Source: Camelus dromedarius (lineage: Eukaryota). Taken from it: DNA of 64,000 nt. The stretch spans positions 9,052,001-9,116,000 of the forward strand of contig NC_087436.1 of NCBI RefSeq assembly GCF_036321535.1. The letters run 5' to 3'. Positions 1 to 13,270 of the stretch are shown piece after piece; position 1 is the stretch's first letter, and each line of letters opens with the position of its first letter. The notes under the pieces are model-generated. The model was not told the origin of the DNA and did no database searches. It saw nothing but the letters and a program-made list of their open reading frames with translations. Both the position numbers and the translations under genes were made by a program.

Positions 1-1084
1 AAGTGATACTTTCTTAAGAACATAAGTATGATAAAATTTTGTTAATCTAAAAAATAAAAATATATCAATTATTCTTCTTTTATAAATTTACATATAAATT
101 ATACAACTATTATGTAAATTTCTTTTTATTACAACTCATTAAGAAATGCAATGAGAAACACAAACAGATGTCAAAATTTATAGGATGATAAGTACTACAC
201 TGAAAGGGTATTTAGCTTTTATCTTAAAGTTCAATCTTGTTCTTTTCCTGAGTACACATTTTTAGCTTAATTCCTTATGAAGCATCATAATGCTAGTTAA
301 AAATGAATTGAATTGACAACTCGCTCCTAAGCGCCTTCCAGTGAATGAAATATGTGAGATTCAGTGAATGAAAAAGTTTCAGATTGAATCATAGCTGCCA
401 AATGGTCACTCTTTCTAGCTAGGTGTTAGGTGTGCATGCCCAAACTTGCTGTCTCCACTTACCTAGAAATCAGGATAGAGCAGTGACTTGCAGCATGTTA
501 GCAGTGGGGTCCCAGAAGTGACTGAATGGAAAAGGCTTTATTAGAAAAAAAAATTCTCCAGATGTGGACCAAATTCCCAACACTAATTTCCTAGCAAAAC
601 TTATTACACTGTTATTGATTTGGAAAAACCATCAAGGCATACAAATAAAAGGACTATTAATATATTCAAATGGAAAATACTACATCTTGATTTTATATAA
701 TTTTGCATTTTATTTTCATGTAAGTCAGTTCACATAATGCATTGGTATATCTAATACCTACTGAATAATCAATGTTGTTTTATAATCTGCACCCAATTTT
801 ATACCTAGGATAACTAATCTTTGGGAAAGCAGAAAAAAACTGAGAAGAAGAAACTTCTTGAAGAAGTTGGAGTACCAAAGTTGTGAACCCATTCAGTGGC
901 TCCAGCACCGACTATCCTCAACTCTATGTATGTCCTTTCTCTCACTAAGTTCAACATTTCTAATGGAAGATTATTATTTGGAGAGACTTTTTCAAGTCTT
1001 CAATCAAATATTTAAAGATAGAAATATAAGGCAAGCCCTACATTATTAACTCATTAAAATATTCATATGCTAATATTCCATCAA

Positions 1085-2068
1085 CAAGATGTACAGCAGT
1101 GACCCAAAAAGATGGAATCCATGTCCTCAGGTAACTCACATTTTAGAGAGGAAGGCAGACATTAATGGGATAAGCAAACAAAATATAGAGTTTCTCAGAA
1201 AGTGATAAGGCCACGATGAAAAAGAAAGCAGGGTAGAGAAGTGACAGTATGAGAAGAAAGGGAAGTTTCAGTCTTTAATAGAAGAGTCAGAGAAGACCTC
1301 ATGGAGAAGGTGGCCTGTAAGCACAGACATCAGTGTCATAAGGAATAAACCACATGGAGAACTGGGAAAGAGGGCTTCAGAAAGAGGGCGGATGGAGTGC
1401 AAAGACCCGAGGAAGAGAGGGCCTGATCTGTTCTTGCTCAAGAAGCAGCAAGGAAAACAAAAACAAACAAACAAAGGATAAATACAAAACAGAAACAGAC
1501 TCATAGAATACAAACTTGTGGTTGCCAAGGGGATGGAGGGAGGGAAGGGATAGACGGGATTTCAAAATTGTAGGATAGATAAACAAGATTATACTGTATA
1601 GCACAGGGAAATACATACAAGATCTTCTGGTAGCTCACAGAGAAAAAAAATGTGACAATGAAAATATATATGTTCATGTATAACTGAAAAGTTGTGCTCT
1701 ACCCTGGAATTTGACACAACATTGTAAAATGATTATAAATCAAAAAAAAAAAAAAAAAGCAGCAAGGAGGGGCAGTGTGGCGGGAGCTGCACGAGTGAAA
1801 AGAAATAGTGCTGGTTGAGGTCTGAGAGCTGGAGGCAGGTTCACCCCCCGCGGGGCCTTGTGAATAATTTTGGGTCTTTGGCCATTACACAGGCAGCATG
1901 ACACAAGAGTGGATTGAGCAGAGGAGCAACTTTATCCAAATCGTCCTGGATGCTGGATTGAGAAGAGTTTGAAGGGAAGAAAGGGCAGGCACGAAGTGAA
2001 TGACGGGGGTAAACTTCCCAGCAGAGATGATAGGGGTGTTGACAAAAGCAGAGGTGTGAGGCAGCTTG
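1085..2068 (-). mobile_element. LINE-2 (L2) remnant, split by a young L1 insertion at 1455-1756
   Basis: Degenerate antisense L2-like text on both sides of the insert ('gtcctcaggtaactcacattttagagaggaaggcagacatt', 'agaagacctcatggagaaggtgg', 'agcaaggaggggcagtgtggcgggagc'). Confidence 0.7.
1455..1756 (+). mobile_element. Young 5'-truncated LINE-1 3' UTR with poly(A) and a perfect 12-bp TSD
   Basis: L1 3' UTR motifs 'tacaaaacagaaacagactc' and 'ctgtatagcacaggg', then an A-tail. AAGCAGCAAGGA is duplicated at 1443-1454 and 1757-1768. Confidence 0.9.
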
Positions 2069-3532
2069 AACCACCTTTATACTGTTAACTAATTTATGAC
2101 AAAGGAGGCAAGAATATACAATGGGGAAAAGACAGCTTTTTCAGTAAATGGTGTTAGAACGCTGGATAGCTTTGTGCAAAACAATCAAACTATTTTCTCA
2201 CAACACATACAAAAATAAACTCAAAATGGATTAAAGACTTAAATGTAAACCCTGAAACCACAAAACTCCTAAAAGAAAACATAAGCAGTACACTCTTTGA
2301 CTTTGGTCTTAGTAAAAGTATTTCGGATATGTCTCCTCAGACAAGAAAAATAAAAGCAAAAATAAACAAACGGGACCTAATCAAACTCAAAAGCTTTTGC
2401 ACAGTGAAAGAAACTATCAACAAAAAAAGCAACCTACTGAATGGGGGAAGATATTTGTAAATGATATATCCAAGAAGGGGTTAAAATCCATAATAAAACA
2501 AAGAACTTAGGTAACACAACATTAAAAACAAACAACCGATTTAAAAAGTGGGCAGAAGACCTGAATGGACATTTTTTAAAAAAAGATATACAGATGGCCA
2601 ACAGACACATGAAAAGATGCTCAACATCACTCTTCATTAGGGGAATGCAAATCAAAACCATGAGATATCACCTCACATCTGTCAGAATGGCTATCATCAA
2701 AAAAGACAACAAATAACAAGTGTTGATGAGGAAGGATATGAAGAAAAGGGAACCCTCGTATGCTGTTGGTGGGAACATAAATTGGTACAGTTACTATGGA
2801 AAACTGTATGGAGATTCCTCAAAAAATTAAAAATAGGACTCTCATATAATCTAGCGATCTCACATCTGGGCATTTACCCAAAGGAAATAAAAGATATTAA
2901 TTGGAAAAGATATATGTACTTCCATATTCACTGCAGGATTATTTACAGTAACCAAAGTATGGAAGCATCCTAAGTGTCCATCCATAGCCAAGTAGATAAA
3001 GAAGATGAGGTCTGCATAGATTTATATACGTACATATACACATACATGCACACACACATTTATGTACACAATGGAATTTACTCAGCCATAAAAAAAAATA
3101 CATTTTGCCCTTTATGACAACATGGAAAACATGGATGGACCTAGAGATTATCATATTAAAGGGAAGCAAGTCAGACAGAGAAAGACAAATAACATATGAT
3201 CTCACTTATATGTGGAATCTAAAATATAAGACAAAAGAAAACAAAAAGGAAACAAAATGAAAACAGACTCGGATACAGCGAACAAACAGGTGGTTGCCAG
3301 AAGCAAGGGGGGAATGGAGGATAAGCAAAAGAGGTGCAGTGGATTAAGAGGTAAAAACCTCTAGTTATATAATAAATAAGCCATAGGGATGTAATATACA
3401 GCATAAAGCACCTAATCAGTGGTATTGTAATAGCTTTGTGTGGGGACACATGATGCTCAAACTTAGCATAGTGATAATTTCACAACGTATGCAAGTATCA
3501 ACCTGTAATTTCAATTACAAATAAATAAAAAA
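2069..3532 (+). mobile_element. 5'-truncated LINE-1 (ORF2 C-terminal part and 3' UTR), decayed
   Basis: Typical ORF2 text 'gacaaaggaggcaagaatatacaatgg' and 'aactcaaaatggattaaagacttaaatgtaa'; ORF 2782-2973 reads '[17 protein letters not shown]'; ends in an A-rich tail with AATAAA. Confidence 0.92.
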
Positions 3533-3729
3533 ATTTTGAATATTTGTATAAAATAAAGACTTTTTTAAAAACCGGAATTAAGTGCAAATTTTATATAATT
3601 TATTTTACATTTGAATAAGTGCATAGCTTTTCTCATTTGAGTTATTACAAAAAATTGTACTACTAACAAAAAAATGAAATCCTAAACTGGACTTTTCTTC
3701 TTTAACAATATAAAAATCTAGCAGTTGCT

Positions 3730-4380
3730 ATCGTAACCACGTGATCAAATGTAACATCCTTAGTAACGGGATAAATTGTCATGATATGATTCTTGATGTG
3801 ATGTTATCAAAAGTATATAATATATACAGTATTCTTACCAAAATGTTTAATGTGAATATAATCACAAGAGAACAACCAGATGTAGATGGTGGAACATTCT
3901 CTACAATAATTAACTTTGAACTCATCTACAAAACAGAAACAGACACACAGACATAGTCACAGTCTTAACGGTTACTAGGGGAAAGGGGCTGGGAAGGGAT
4001 AAATTTTGAAGTCTGAGATTTGCAGTTGATAACCATTATATGTAAAAAAGGTAAAAAAAAATTCTTCTGTATAGCACAGGGAACTATATTCAATATCTTA
4101 TAATAACCTTTAATGAAAAAGAATATGAAAACAAATATATGTATGTATGTGCATGACTGGGGCATTGTGCTGTACACCAGAAATTGACACATTGTAACTG
4201 ACTATACTTCAAAAAAAATCTTAATACTGTCAAAGAGAAACAAGAGAGGGGAATATGCTAGATTAAAAGAAACCGAAGACCTATGACAAACGTGTGTAAT
4301 GTATAATCTGACTGGACCCTGATTAAAACAACTGCAGTAAAGGATATTTTGTAGACAATTAGGCAAAAAAGATTACAGTT
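3730..4380 (+). mobile_element. Old L1 (L1ME-like) 3' remnant, interrupted by a younger L1 at 3917-4218
   Basis: 'gtattcttaccaaaatgtttaatgtgaatataatc' and 'taatctgactggaccctg...gtaaaggatattttgtagacaatt' resemble old L1M 3' UTRs. Confidence 0.5.
3917..4218 (+). mobile_element. LINE-1 3' UTR fragment with a short poly(A)
   Basis: 'tgaactcatctacaaaacagaaacagac...ctgtatagcacagggaactatattcaatatc...gtaactgactatacttcaaaaaaaa'. Confidence 0.9.
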
Positions 4381-4442
4381 TCTTAGGCCTACCCTTACTG
4401 TAAGTTTAGGAAGGGAAACCATATGCTCACTCTTTAGTTAAA

Positions 4443-4680
4443 AATAATGATGATGGTAAATAGCGTTGATGCTTTGTGTGCTGTATGCCAGGCGAATCGG
4501 GTACAACTGTGTGCACTTTTACAGGCACAGCACTGGTTACTCATAACCACTCTTATCGGATAAAATTGAAATTACTTCCTGTTACAAAGAAGGAAAATGA
4601 GAAGTGACTTCCCCAATTTCACAGAGTGAGGAGGCAATGGAATCAGGATTCCAAATCAGACAGGCAAACGCCAGAGCCTA
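4443..4680 (-). mobile_element. MIR SINE
   Basis: Antisense MIR pattern 'tgtatgccaggc...ttacaaagaaggaaaatgagaagtgacttccccaatttcacag...ggattccaaatcagacag...ccagagcc'. Confidence 0.7.
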
Positions 4681-6557
4681 CACTTGGCTTGCTATGAATC
4701 TGTCAGATCTTTATGTATTACCTACATCCTTTGGTTGACCCAACTCCTCTGAACAAACGCTCTCTTAGTACAGAAAGCGAAGATAGTTCTTATCAGCCTT
4801 AAGCAGATGGACCAGTGTAATTCACCTGTCAGAACCCAAGAATACGGGAATTAACACTCTGACCAGTACTCTTGTACGAAAGACGGTGTTATCGCATCAA
4901 AAATATGAATTAGGAGAGAGACCACTAATGAATTACTAATTTATATTCTCAAAATATTTCTCTAAATACATTGGCAGTTTCCCAAATATCTATTAACATG
5001 TAGTGAGCTTTTTATGTGGTTGGGTGTATATCCCTTTTAATGTAATGAAAACACACTGCTTCTCTGAGGTAGCCAGGAGAACTCTCTGGGGATTCACACC
5101 CCTCTTCAGATCACCCATCGGAGTCTTACGGCCTGTTGCTCTCCTAAAAAGACCATCTGCTACTCAGTCACCTCGTACGGCTATAAAACCACTTTATTAG
5201 CAAGACAAAAGTACACAGGAGTTAGCCGTGACAGAATTATTTGCTAATTAAGGCCCCCAAAAACCAGAGAGGTAAAGCCTGGGCTCTAGGAAAAGGTGAC
5301 TTTTGCTAATGAATTCAATCCTGAGAACAACAGTATGGAGTAGCAACTACAATCTCCATTATCGATCAAGCTAACTAAGACTCAAAGGTAATACGTACAT
5401 TGTCCAAGGTAATATATCCTGCCCGCGACTACATGTGAACCATGAACTATCTGACTTCCGTGGGCGGCCTGGGGGTGCCTTGAACTAGGGCTGCTCACCA
5501 GTGGAATCTCAGCAAAATTACTCTTTAGAACTTGCTTTTCTTTCTGGCTCCATTGTCACAATGTGTGGCAAATATCCAGGCACTTGGAAGCCATCTATGG
5601 CATCTCTTCCTGCTCCCTCACATCCAAACATCCCCTGCTGATAACTCTTAACTCTTCCAGATCTCTTAAACCCTCTCCCTCTGCTCAGACTTCATCGCCA
5701 CTGCCATAATTTAGGCGTTCATGTTTCACACAACTGCCTGCTCCCTCGCCGGCCTTCTCTGTCTCCTTCATTCTGTCCGTGCTCCATATAGCTGCTGATG
5801 CCATCTTTCTAACATAGCAAAATAACCATATGAAGAGTCATTTAATGGCCTTTGCCCACAGCATCATATTTTTCTTGCATCCCAGTGCATCCTGTTGTGT
5901 ACCACCTAGCAGGCACTCTCCCCACTTTGGACCCAATGGCCCAGATTACTGTTTGATACACATGCCAACTTTATTTGCTTCCTGAAATCACTGCAATATA
6001 GATTTATATTTTTGCCTGTCTTAAAAGTTTCATTATAAATAAGGAACTCATCTGTATTTTAAGAAGGATCGCTATTGCTAATTAGAAAATATTTTTAACA
6101 TTGCAAACATCGCTCTCTTGCGATAGATGTTATGACAAGGAAATCTTCTTTTTATAGTTAAAAATATGTACCACATTTTAGTAGGCAATTATATTTAACG
6201 TGTGAAATCACCACTCTGATAAAATTTATGTGAGTATAGTCAAAACACATGCTAATTAGATCTTTCATGGGATGAGTCAGACAGATGTATATTGTGTTTT
6301 TATTTCATAGTTTTACAATGTTTTATTTAACTTTTTATTATTACCTTGGTGAAGAGCAAATAAAGTAGCTAAATCTACTTTTTAGAATTATTTTGAACGA
6401 ATAAGGTCCTCAGAGACGGAAAGATAAAGATATTTAGAAACATAATTTTCATCACATAACTTATTTGATGAATTAAACACAATTTATCTTTTGTATAAAA
6501 ATTTTATATTTTAATAGATTTTCTTTATTTTTAGAATATATCAAGATGTGTATCAGA

Positions 6558-6953
6558 GATGATTTCATAGTGTCCTTTTTTTTCTTTTTTTTTTTTTTTT
6601 TTTTTCAGATTCCACATGTGAGTGATATCACATGGTATTTTTCTTTCTCTTTCTGGCTCCCTTCACTTAGAATGATGATCTCCAGGTCCATCCATGTTCT
6701 TGCAAATGGCATTATTTTATTATTTTTTATAGTTAGCAGAGATAGTAAACAATCTTATGGCTACCTAGAATAGGGGGTGAGAAAAGCTAAATTTGGGGAT
6801 TTGAGATTCAAAAATGTTAGCCACTATATATAAAAATAGACTAAAAAAGGTTTCTTCTGTATAGCACAGGGAACTATGTTCAATATCTTGTAATAACCTT
6901 TAATGAAAAAATATGAAAATGAATATATGTATGTATATGCATGACTGGGACAT
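6558..6953 (+). mobile_element. 5'-inverted (twin-primed) LINE-1 3' fragment lacking its terminal part and poly(A)
   Basis: About 6558-6735 is antisense L1 ('cagattccacatgtgagtgatatc...tccaggtccatccatgtt'). About 6736-6953 is sense 3' UTR that stops at 'catgactgggacat'. Confidence 0.85.
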
Positions 6954-8464
6954 CGCAATTTTCCTTACAGTATATATTCAATATATGTAGCTGAAAGACG
7001 ATTTGATTGAATTGCTTTTGGATTAATAACCAGCCAATTCAGACAATTGATTCATTCATGCAAACAGAGCCTTAAATGGTTAGATCATTGGCCTTTTGTA
7101 CTATACAAAAGGAATTATACGGGGAAATTTAATCATAAATTTGCTTTTGGAGGGTATATACTTAAGTCATACACACACACACACACACATATATATGCAT
7201 TTTTTATATCCTGGGAAAACAAAATATGTACTATTGTATTTACGTATTAAACAAAAAATAGCTTTCTTATAAAGGAATATAAAGATTTAAAAATTGATTT
7301 GTCAAACATTCAGGTGATTAAACATAGACAAAAGGCATAGGAGAGATATTATTCCATTACTTCAAAGCTCACGACATTTAAAAAAAACATTAACAAATTG
7401 GGCGCCAGTTAAGAAGGTAAATGGTGAAGGAGTAGCAAATTGGGAAATAATTTTGTGAATTCAAATTTTACCAATATAAGTGGAATAAGTACTTTTTTAG
7501 TAAATAGTAAATAGTACAGGAAATAAATCATAACAGTCCAATCCTTAATGGGAAATATTTACAACACAATATTAAGCTCTAAATGTATATTTACATTGCT
7601 CCTGCTTTACAGATGTATTTTGAAATAAATGTTATGTTGTTTATTTCATAGGATATTTACTTTTCAGCATGTATATCTAAAAATATTTCCCACATCAAGT
7701 GTCAAGTATATTATTTAAAATAATGATTTAGATAAGGTGCTGGGTGATCTATGGCTTTTGGATTTTGATCCTGGCTTCACTCAAATTTGTGTTTTTTCTT
7801 AGGTAAAATATCTCTGATTTTCCTGTGAATTACCCTATTTTTTTAAGTATGAGATTCTATAAATGATAGGAATTTGTGACCTCTAGTCTGATGTTGAAGT
7901 TTATTACCATGATGTCTAATAAGAAGATAAAACTTTCATCCCGTTATGTAATCCAAGATAGGCTGTTACAAAAAATACAGAAAAAGAGTATCTTTAAATA
8001 CTCTATTTCTTCTGGCCATCTTAATTTTAAGGAAAAAAATAAAAACATTAAAAATGTAAGAGTGAGAATAAAATATCACCTGTTTTGCTTGGATGCAAAG
8101 CAGATGCGAATAATTGAAAAAAATCTTCAGAGAGCAACAGAAGAAAATAAATGAGGTGACAGTTAAACTGAAAATACTTTCAGGGACTCATGGCTTTAAA
8201 ATTTTCCTTCTTAGTCTCTGAAATAACCCCCATGGGGTATAACCCTGCCTGTAAGTGGTAATCACATGTGATGATCATGTTAATAACGGTACCTCATTAA
8301 AGGAATTAGGCCTCCTATCCGAGCAAGTTATTCCGGATCCTGGAGGAAGAAATTAACAGGGGCTGAAAATATTATTTCAGTGAAAAACAATGCTGTTTTC
8401 AGAAATGTCTAGGATAATGTCAAAGATGGCTAAGAGGCTAGATTTTTTAATTCATAATGGTGTT

Positions 8465-8495
<31 letters not shown>

Positions 8496-8499
8496 AGAA

Positions 8500-8759
8500 T
8501 ATAAATTGTGCTAACAGAGAAATGGGGTGGGGAGGGATAAAGTGAGAGTTCAAGATTTGCAGATACTACTATATATAAACTAGATAAATGACAAGTTTCT
8601 ACTGTATAGCACAGGGAACTATATTCAATACATTGCAGTAACCGATAATGAAAAAGAATATGAAAAGGAATATATGCATGTATAAGTGCGCCTGAAACAT
8701 TGTGCTGTACACCAGAAATTGACACATTGTAAACTGACTATACTTCAATAAAAAAAAAA
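8500..8759 (+). mobile_element. LINE-1 3' UTR fragment with poly(A)
   Basis: 'gggagggataaa...ctgtatagcacagggaactatattcaata...gactatacttcaataaaaaaaaaa'. Confidence 0.88.
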
Positions 8760-9044
8760 GTACATGTAGGTACTTAGAAAAAAGAGAATTTCATAGAGCA
8801 TATGTGTTTTTAGTACTGTTTACAAAATAATTGATGACATATTGATCAAAATGAGCTATGAGAATTCTATAAAAATATGTCCAATATTTAAGTTATTAAT
8901 ATGTTTTTGTTAACATTTCAAGTTTTTAGACCTGTTCAAGTTTTAGTGAAGATTAATTATAAAGACATTAATTTATTTTACTTTCACGCTGAAATAAATA
9001 TGAAGTTAGCTATTTAAGATAAAGATTATGCCGTAATAAAGAAG

Positions 9045-9094
9045 CATCCTGGACAATAATCTCACGAAGAAGTATGAGGTTATTGTCCAGGATG
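9045..9094. repeat. Inverted repeat with 20-bp arms and a 10-nt loop
   Basis: CATCCTGGACAATAATCTCA (9045-9064) pairs with TGAGGTTATTGTCCAGGATG (9075-9094): 19 Watson-Crick pairs and one G:U pair. Confidence 0.95.
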
Positions 9095-10772
9095 TTTTAT
9101 AATGCAATCACTACAGTGATATGTACAGAATGTAAATATATAAAAATAAAGTCTATTATTAAAAGTGCATGATAAATTTTAAAAACAATGTGTTACCTGA
9201 CTATATGGAAAAATGCCATGCCATATGGATCAAAAGTTACAATTTATTTGTTCTATTTAAAATACTGATAGAAAATGAACAACTAACAGTTCCCTGAAAG
9301 TAAAGTTAAATGTTGAAAATGCAACATAAACTTTAATCTGGTAATACAAATTGATATTGATGAGAAAACAAATTCACTTTGAAATCTTCTGCTTTTGTAT
9401 GTAGTAAATCTCTTTCTCATTAGTTGTATGCAGTAAATATTTTATGATGTCACTAAGATATTTGTACTCATCAGCAAATCGATTGTCTTAAAGTGTCTAA
9501 CAGGAAGAGAATCCCCCTCTTCTGGGAAAATTACAATGCCTTACACACGCACAAATGATCATTTGGATATGACACTTTCATGCAGCTGAATTACCTCCAT
9601 GATAGCCAGCAAATTTCCTTTATGCTGCAATTATATCTTAATTTTTGAAATGAAAAATTCAAGTGTAATCCATTAAGTCTTAGAAACGTAATAGCCCTAC
9701 ATAAAAGAATGATGTAAAAAAGCACATCCCCTGTCATTCTTCCTTAGACAATTCACATGGGAACCATCAAAGTCAGCTCGAAGTCTAGTCAAGAGTCAGA
9801 AAAGGTTGCAGAGGTCAAATTCAGCTCTGATTTCCCAAGTAAATCACATGTAGACTTTTAAACACAGGTAACCATTTTTGCTGGTTTCTTCAGGCAGCAT
9901 AAGGTCAACTTGTATTAAGTGATTGAAGATTGGAACTGATTCTAATGAGGTGATCTGAGGTGCTGGATTTGAAGTTCTTGTGCTTGGGGGCTATCAGGAG
10001 AGCAGATGCCAGGAGGTTTGACTTCTGTTAGCATCAGCCAAAATCCCTGTGCGTGCACTCATGCCTGCCAGGCACAAAGACTCGAGCATCCGTAAGGTTG
10101 AATAGTTCATGCTTTAGATTGAAGATTGAATATTTTCCTTTATTATTGTACCACTTATAGTCATAAAATAACTGAACACACTGTATTTCTTACACTTTTT
10201 TAAAATTTAAACTTCTGTGAAATAAAACAGCAAAGCTAAGGTAGTATTATTGGATGATGGTCCAAAATCACCTCTGTACAATGAATGACCTTTCTAATCG
10301 ACTGGGAGATTGAGAAATTGTGTTACTAACATAAATGCTATTATTTTCTAAAGAGAAGGTCATAATTGTAAACTATATTACAGGGATTGTGGAAGTAGAT
10401 ATAAAATAGGACTCAAAGGAATATCAATCCTTGGTCCAAAATAAGGAAACACCAAAATAAAGACAGACACAGAGAGAGAGAGAGAGACCTGGGAATGTCT
10501 GCAAAGAGATTAAAGCTGTAAGTGTTGTAAGTGAGAGTAAACATCCAATTATGTAAAAATAATGAAATCTGATATCTTGTGGGTTCAGATCTCCTAGAAA
10601 CTGTAAGTGGATCAGCAAGCATGATTCTTAATTTGATTTCAAAAAATATCCAAACAACCACAACAGCAAGAAGTCCCGAGATTTTGTAATTTTGAATTTC
10701 ATGAAAACAGACAAATAAGAATGATCTGCTACCAATTATTACCTACCCACCCTGGGCCAGGAACTGAATGCC

Positions 10773-11097
10773 TTAGTCCCACCCCCTTATCCACCGGAAT
10801 GTGGGAAACTGCACATAGTACCAAATCTTTCATATACTGTGATTTTTTTTTTCCATTCTATCTGGCATGGACCTTATATAGGGTGGATACACTGGACAAA
10901 GTGTTGAATCGTGGCTCCAGAGGGACTGAGGGGGTGGTGTGAAATTTCATCACATCACTGAGAATGGTATGAAATTTAAAACTTAAGAATTATTTATTTC
11001 TAGAATTTTCCATTTAATATTTTTTTGTACTGTACTGTTGACCCTGGCTAACTAAAATCATGGAAAAAGCTAAACTTCAGATTAGTGAGGACTGCCA
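10773..11097 (+). mobile_element. MER44/Tigger7-type non-autonomous DNA transposon
   Basis: Degenerate TIRs 'tagtcccacccccttatcc' and 'gattagtgaggactg'; internal text 'ggatacactggacaaag' and 'aatttaaaacttaagaattatttatttctagaattttccatttaatattt'. Confidence 0.75.
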
Positions 11098-11259
11098 TAC
11101 TGCATTTTACATCTTTATCAGATTCATATTTTTAACAAAGGGAAACTCCTTGTATATATCGTATACAATGCAAGACTGCGATCCAGATAAGATATTAAAA
11201 ATGGTGGATTCCCTTCAGGAAGAAAAAAGTCAGTGTTTTATAGGTGTGTCTCACTGTTT

Positions 11260-11600
11260 TCTATGTGCATCTCCTTAATGCATTCATTTTTTACAACAAG
11301 CTTATAAGGCAATTGGTAGCACTCCCTCCTGTATTGATGAAGAACGTCATATGTAAGGAGTGGAACTGAGCAGACATTTAGTAACTTGCAAGGACTGTGA
11401 AAAGAAGGTTATCATTGAATAGAAGCTAAGAGTCACACGGTCATGAATTTGAATGACAACGAAGTCACTTGCTGGCCATTAGATCTTAGACACATTGCAT
11501 CGTTTCCATGAGTTTTACTTTTCATCATTGTACATGAAGGGTCTGATAGCAAATTCGTATGTGGGAACTGTCGGTCAGATTAACATGTTCAAGGCTCCTT
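11260..11600. mobile_element. Two MIR fragments in opposite orientations
   Basis: Antisense-like 'cattcatttttacaacaagcttataagg...agtaacttgcaagg' followed by sense-like 'tcacttgctggcc...gagttttacttttcatcattgtacatg'. Confidence 0.5.
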
Positions 11601-12857
11601 CTGATCTGGGCATATGCCTGTGTGTGTGTCTGTGTACAGAGAAATAGATATAAAACATCCAAGAAGTGGGGTACACATTTGATGCTTCAAGAAATGGTAG
11701 CGCTGTTACTGTTAGCACCAGGATTCAAGCCCGGGGTTATTTTCACACCACAGCCATTGTTCTCGCGGCATTAGTGCGAAAGCCGCAAGCTTCTCATTCT
11801 CTTGCTGCTTTGATAGAGATTAAAAAAGGGGATTTATTCCCCTTTACTTTTATTTTTATATAAAATTCTGTATGTTGTTTCAGACATTGTGGTGGTTCCA
11901 AGAAGTATGACACTGCCTATCCATTAGGGAGATAATTTTTAGATTACAAGGGTAATCATAATTGTATAAAGTTCCAAGATAAAATTGAAACTGCCTACTG
12001 TTTTCTTTAAGAATGTATCATTATTTTGTTTGATCAATTGAGTTAGAAAGTTAGCATTTCATATAGGAAAACTATCTAAATCAATGATATGCAAAAATTT
12101 CACATTGGGACCAACCTCTCTATAACCACAGAGAGACTGATATTTTATGATTTAATGTGCAGCTTTTATAACTTCTATGTCGGCTTCATTGCACAGCTTT
12201 AATTAGCACACTAACACAGAAATATTGATTCAAAATAATTTCAGAGGAAAAGATTGACTTTAAAATCAGTAAAAATCCTTTCCCCAAATCCAGCGTGCCA
12301 TCCCACGATTGACGGGTGCTCATATTTCACGTATAAGATTAGTGGAAACTTCCTCTCGTCAACCCTCCAGCCTCAGCACAGGCGATCCATAGGACAGAGA
12401 CTCGCCCAGGGGTGTTCATTCCATGTTGTCTTGTCCTGCCAATGATTTAATTACAGTTGCTGTTTTCACTTTGTTAACTATGAGATTATATATATTTTGT
12501 TAGCAATCCTATTGACTAACAAATGGCTACAAATGCAAAAATCCAGTGCACTGTGGTTTGCTTCCAGCTACGTTCTGTCGTAGTCGTAGTCACACATGAG
12601 AACACCAGATTCTAGTTCTAGACACATAGAGATGTAATAGAATTAGTCAAAATAGTGGCAACCTACCGCATAGACCCAAATATATGTGCTTTGTGTGAAG
12701 TCTTTCCCTATTACATCAGAGAGCTTCTCTTCTGTCTTACTGCAGGATTATGCTACATTGGTAATCACCTCCCAAATTATTATTACAGTTATTTGTTTCC
12801 ATGTCTTTTCCTTCCATCGACCTTGGGTTGTTAAAGATCACTTAGAGGAGGCATGGT

Positions 12858-13005
12858 GGGGGGAGGGTATAGCTCAAGTGGTAGAGCACATGCTCGGCAT
12901 GCACGAGGTCTTGGGTTCAATCCCCAGGGCCTCCATTTAAAAAATAATTAAATAAGTAGATCTAATTAACTTACTCCCCACCCCCTCAAAAAAAAATTAA
13001 AAAAA
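12858..13005 (+). mobile_element. Camelid tRNA-Ala-derived SINE (Vic-1 type)
   Basis: Head 'ggggagggtatagctcaagtggtagagcacatgc...gggttcaatcccc' with Pol III A and B boxes, followed by an AT-rich body, a C-rich segment and an A-tail. Confidence 0.9.
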
Positions 13006-13071
13006 TTTTTAGCAGGGGTCACTCATCATCTTTTTCATCTTGACTTTTCTATCACAGTATCTGTCAAGAAG

Positions 13072-13270
13072 TAATAATACGTTACATTTACATTTGCACT
13101 GACTGCGGTTCAGATGTTGGTCACTCACTATTCCATTTCCTAGCAACAACTCTAAGGCAGGAACTGCCATGTCCACCTAAAAGACGGGAAACTAAAGCAC
13201 AGCAACCGAAGTCATTCAGAATTTACATTCAGGTGATTGGCTTTGAAATTTGGCATCTCAGCCATTACGG
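13072..13270 (-). mobile_element. MIR SINE
   Basis: 'taataatacgttacatttac...cctagcaacaactctaaggcagg...gacgggaaactaaagcacag'. Confidence 0.6.

Noticed and set aside
12858..12936. tRNA-Ala-like sequence (also at 20333-20407 and 26203-26275)
   Set aside because: Each continues into a SINE body and A-tail, and one has a clear TSD. These are SINE heads, not tRNA genes.
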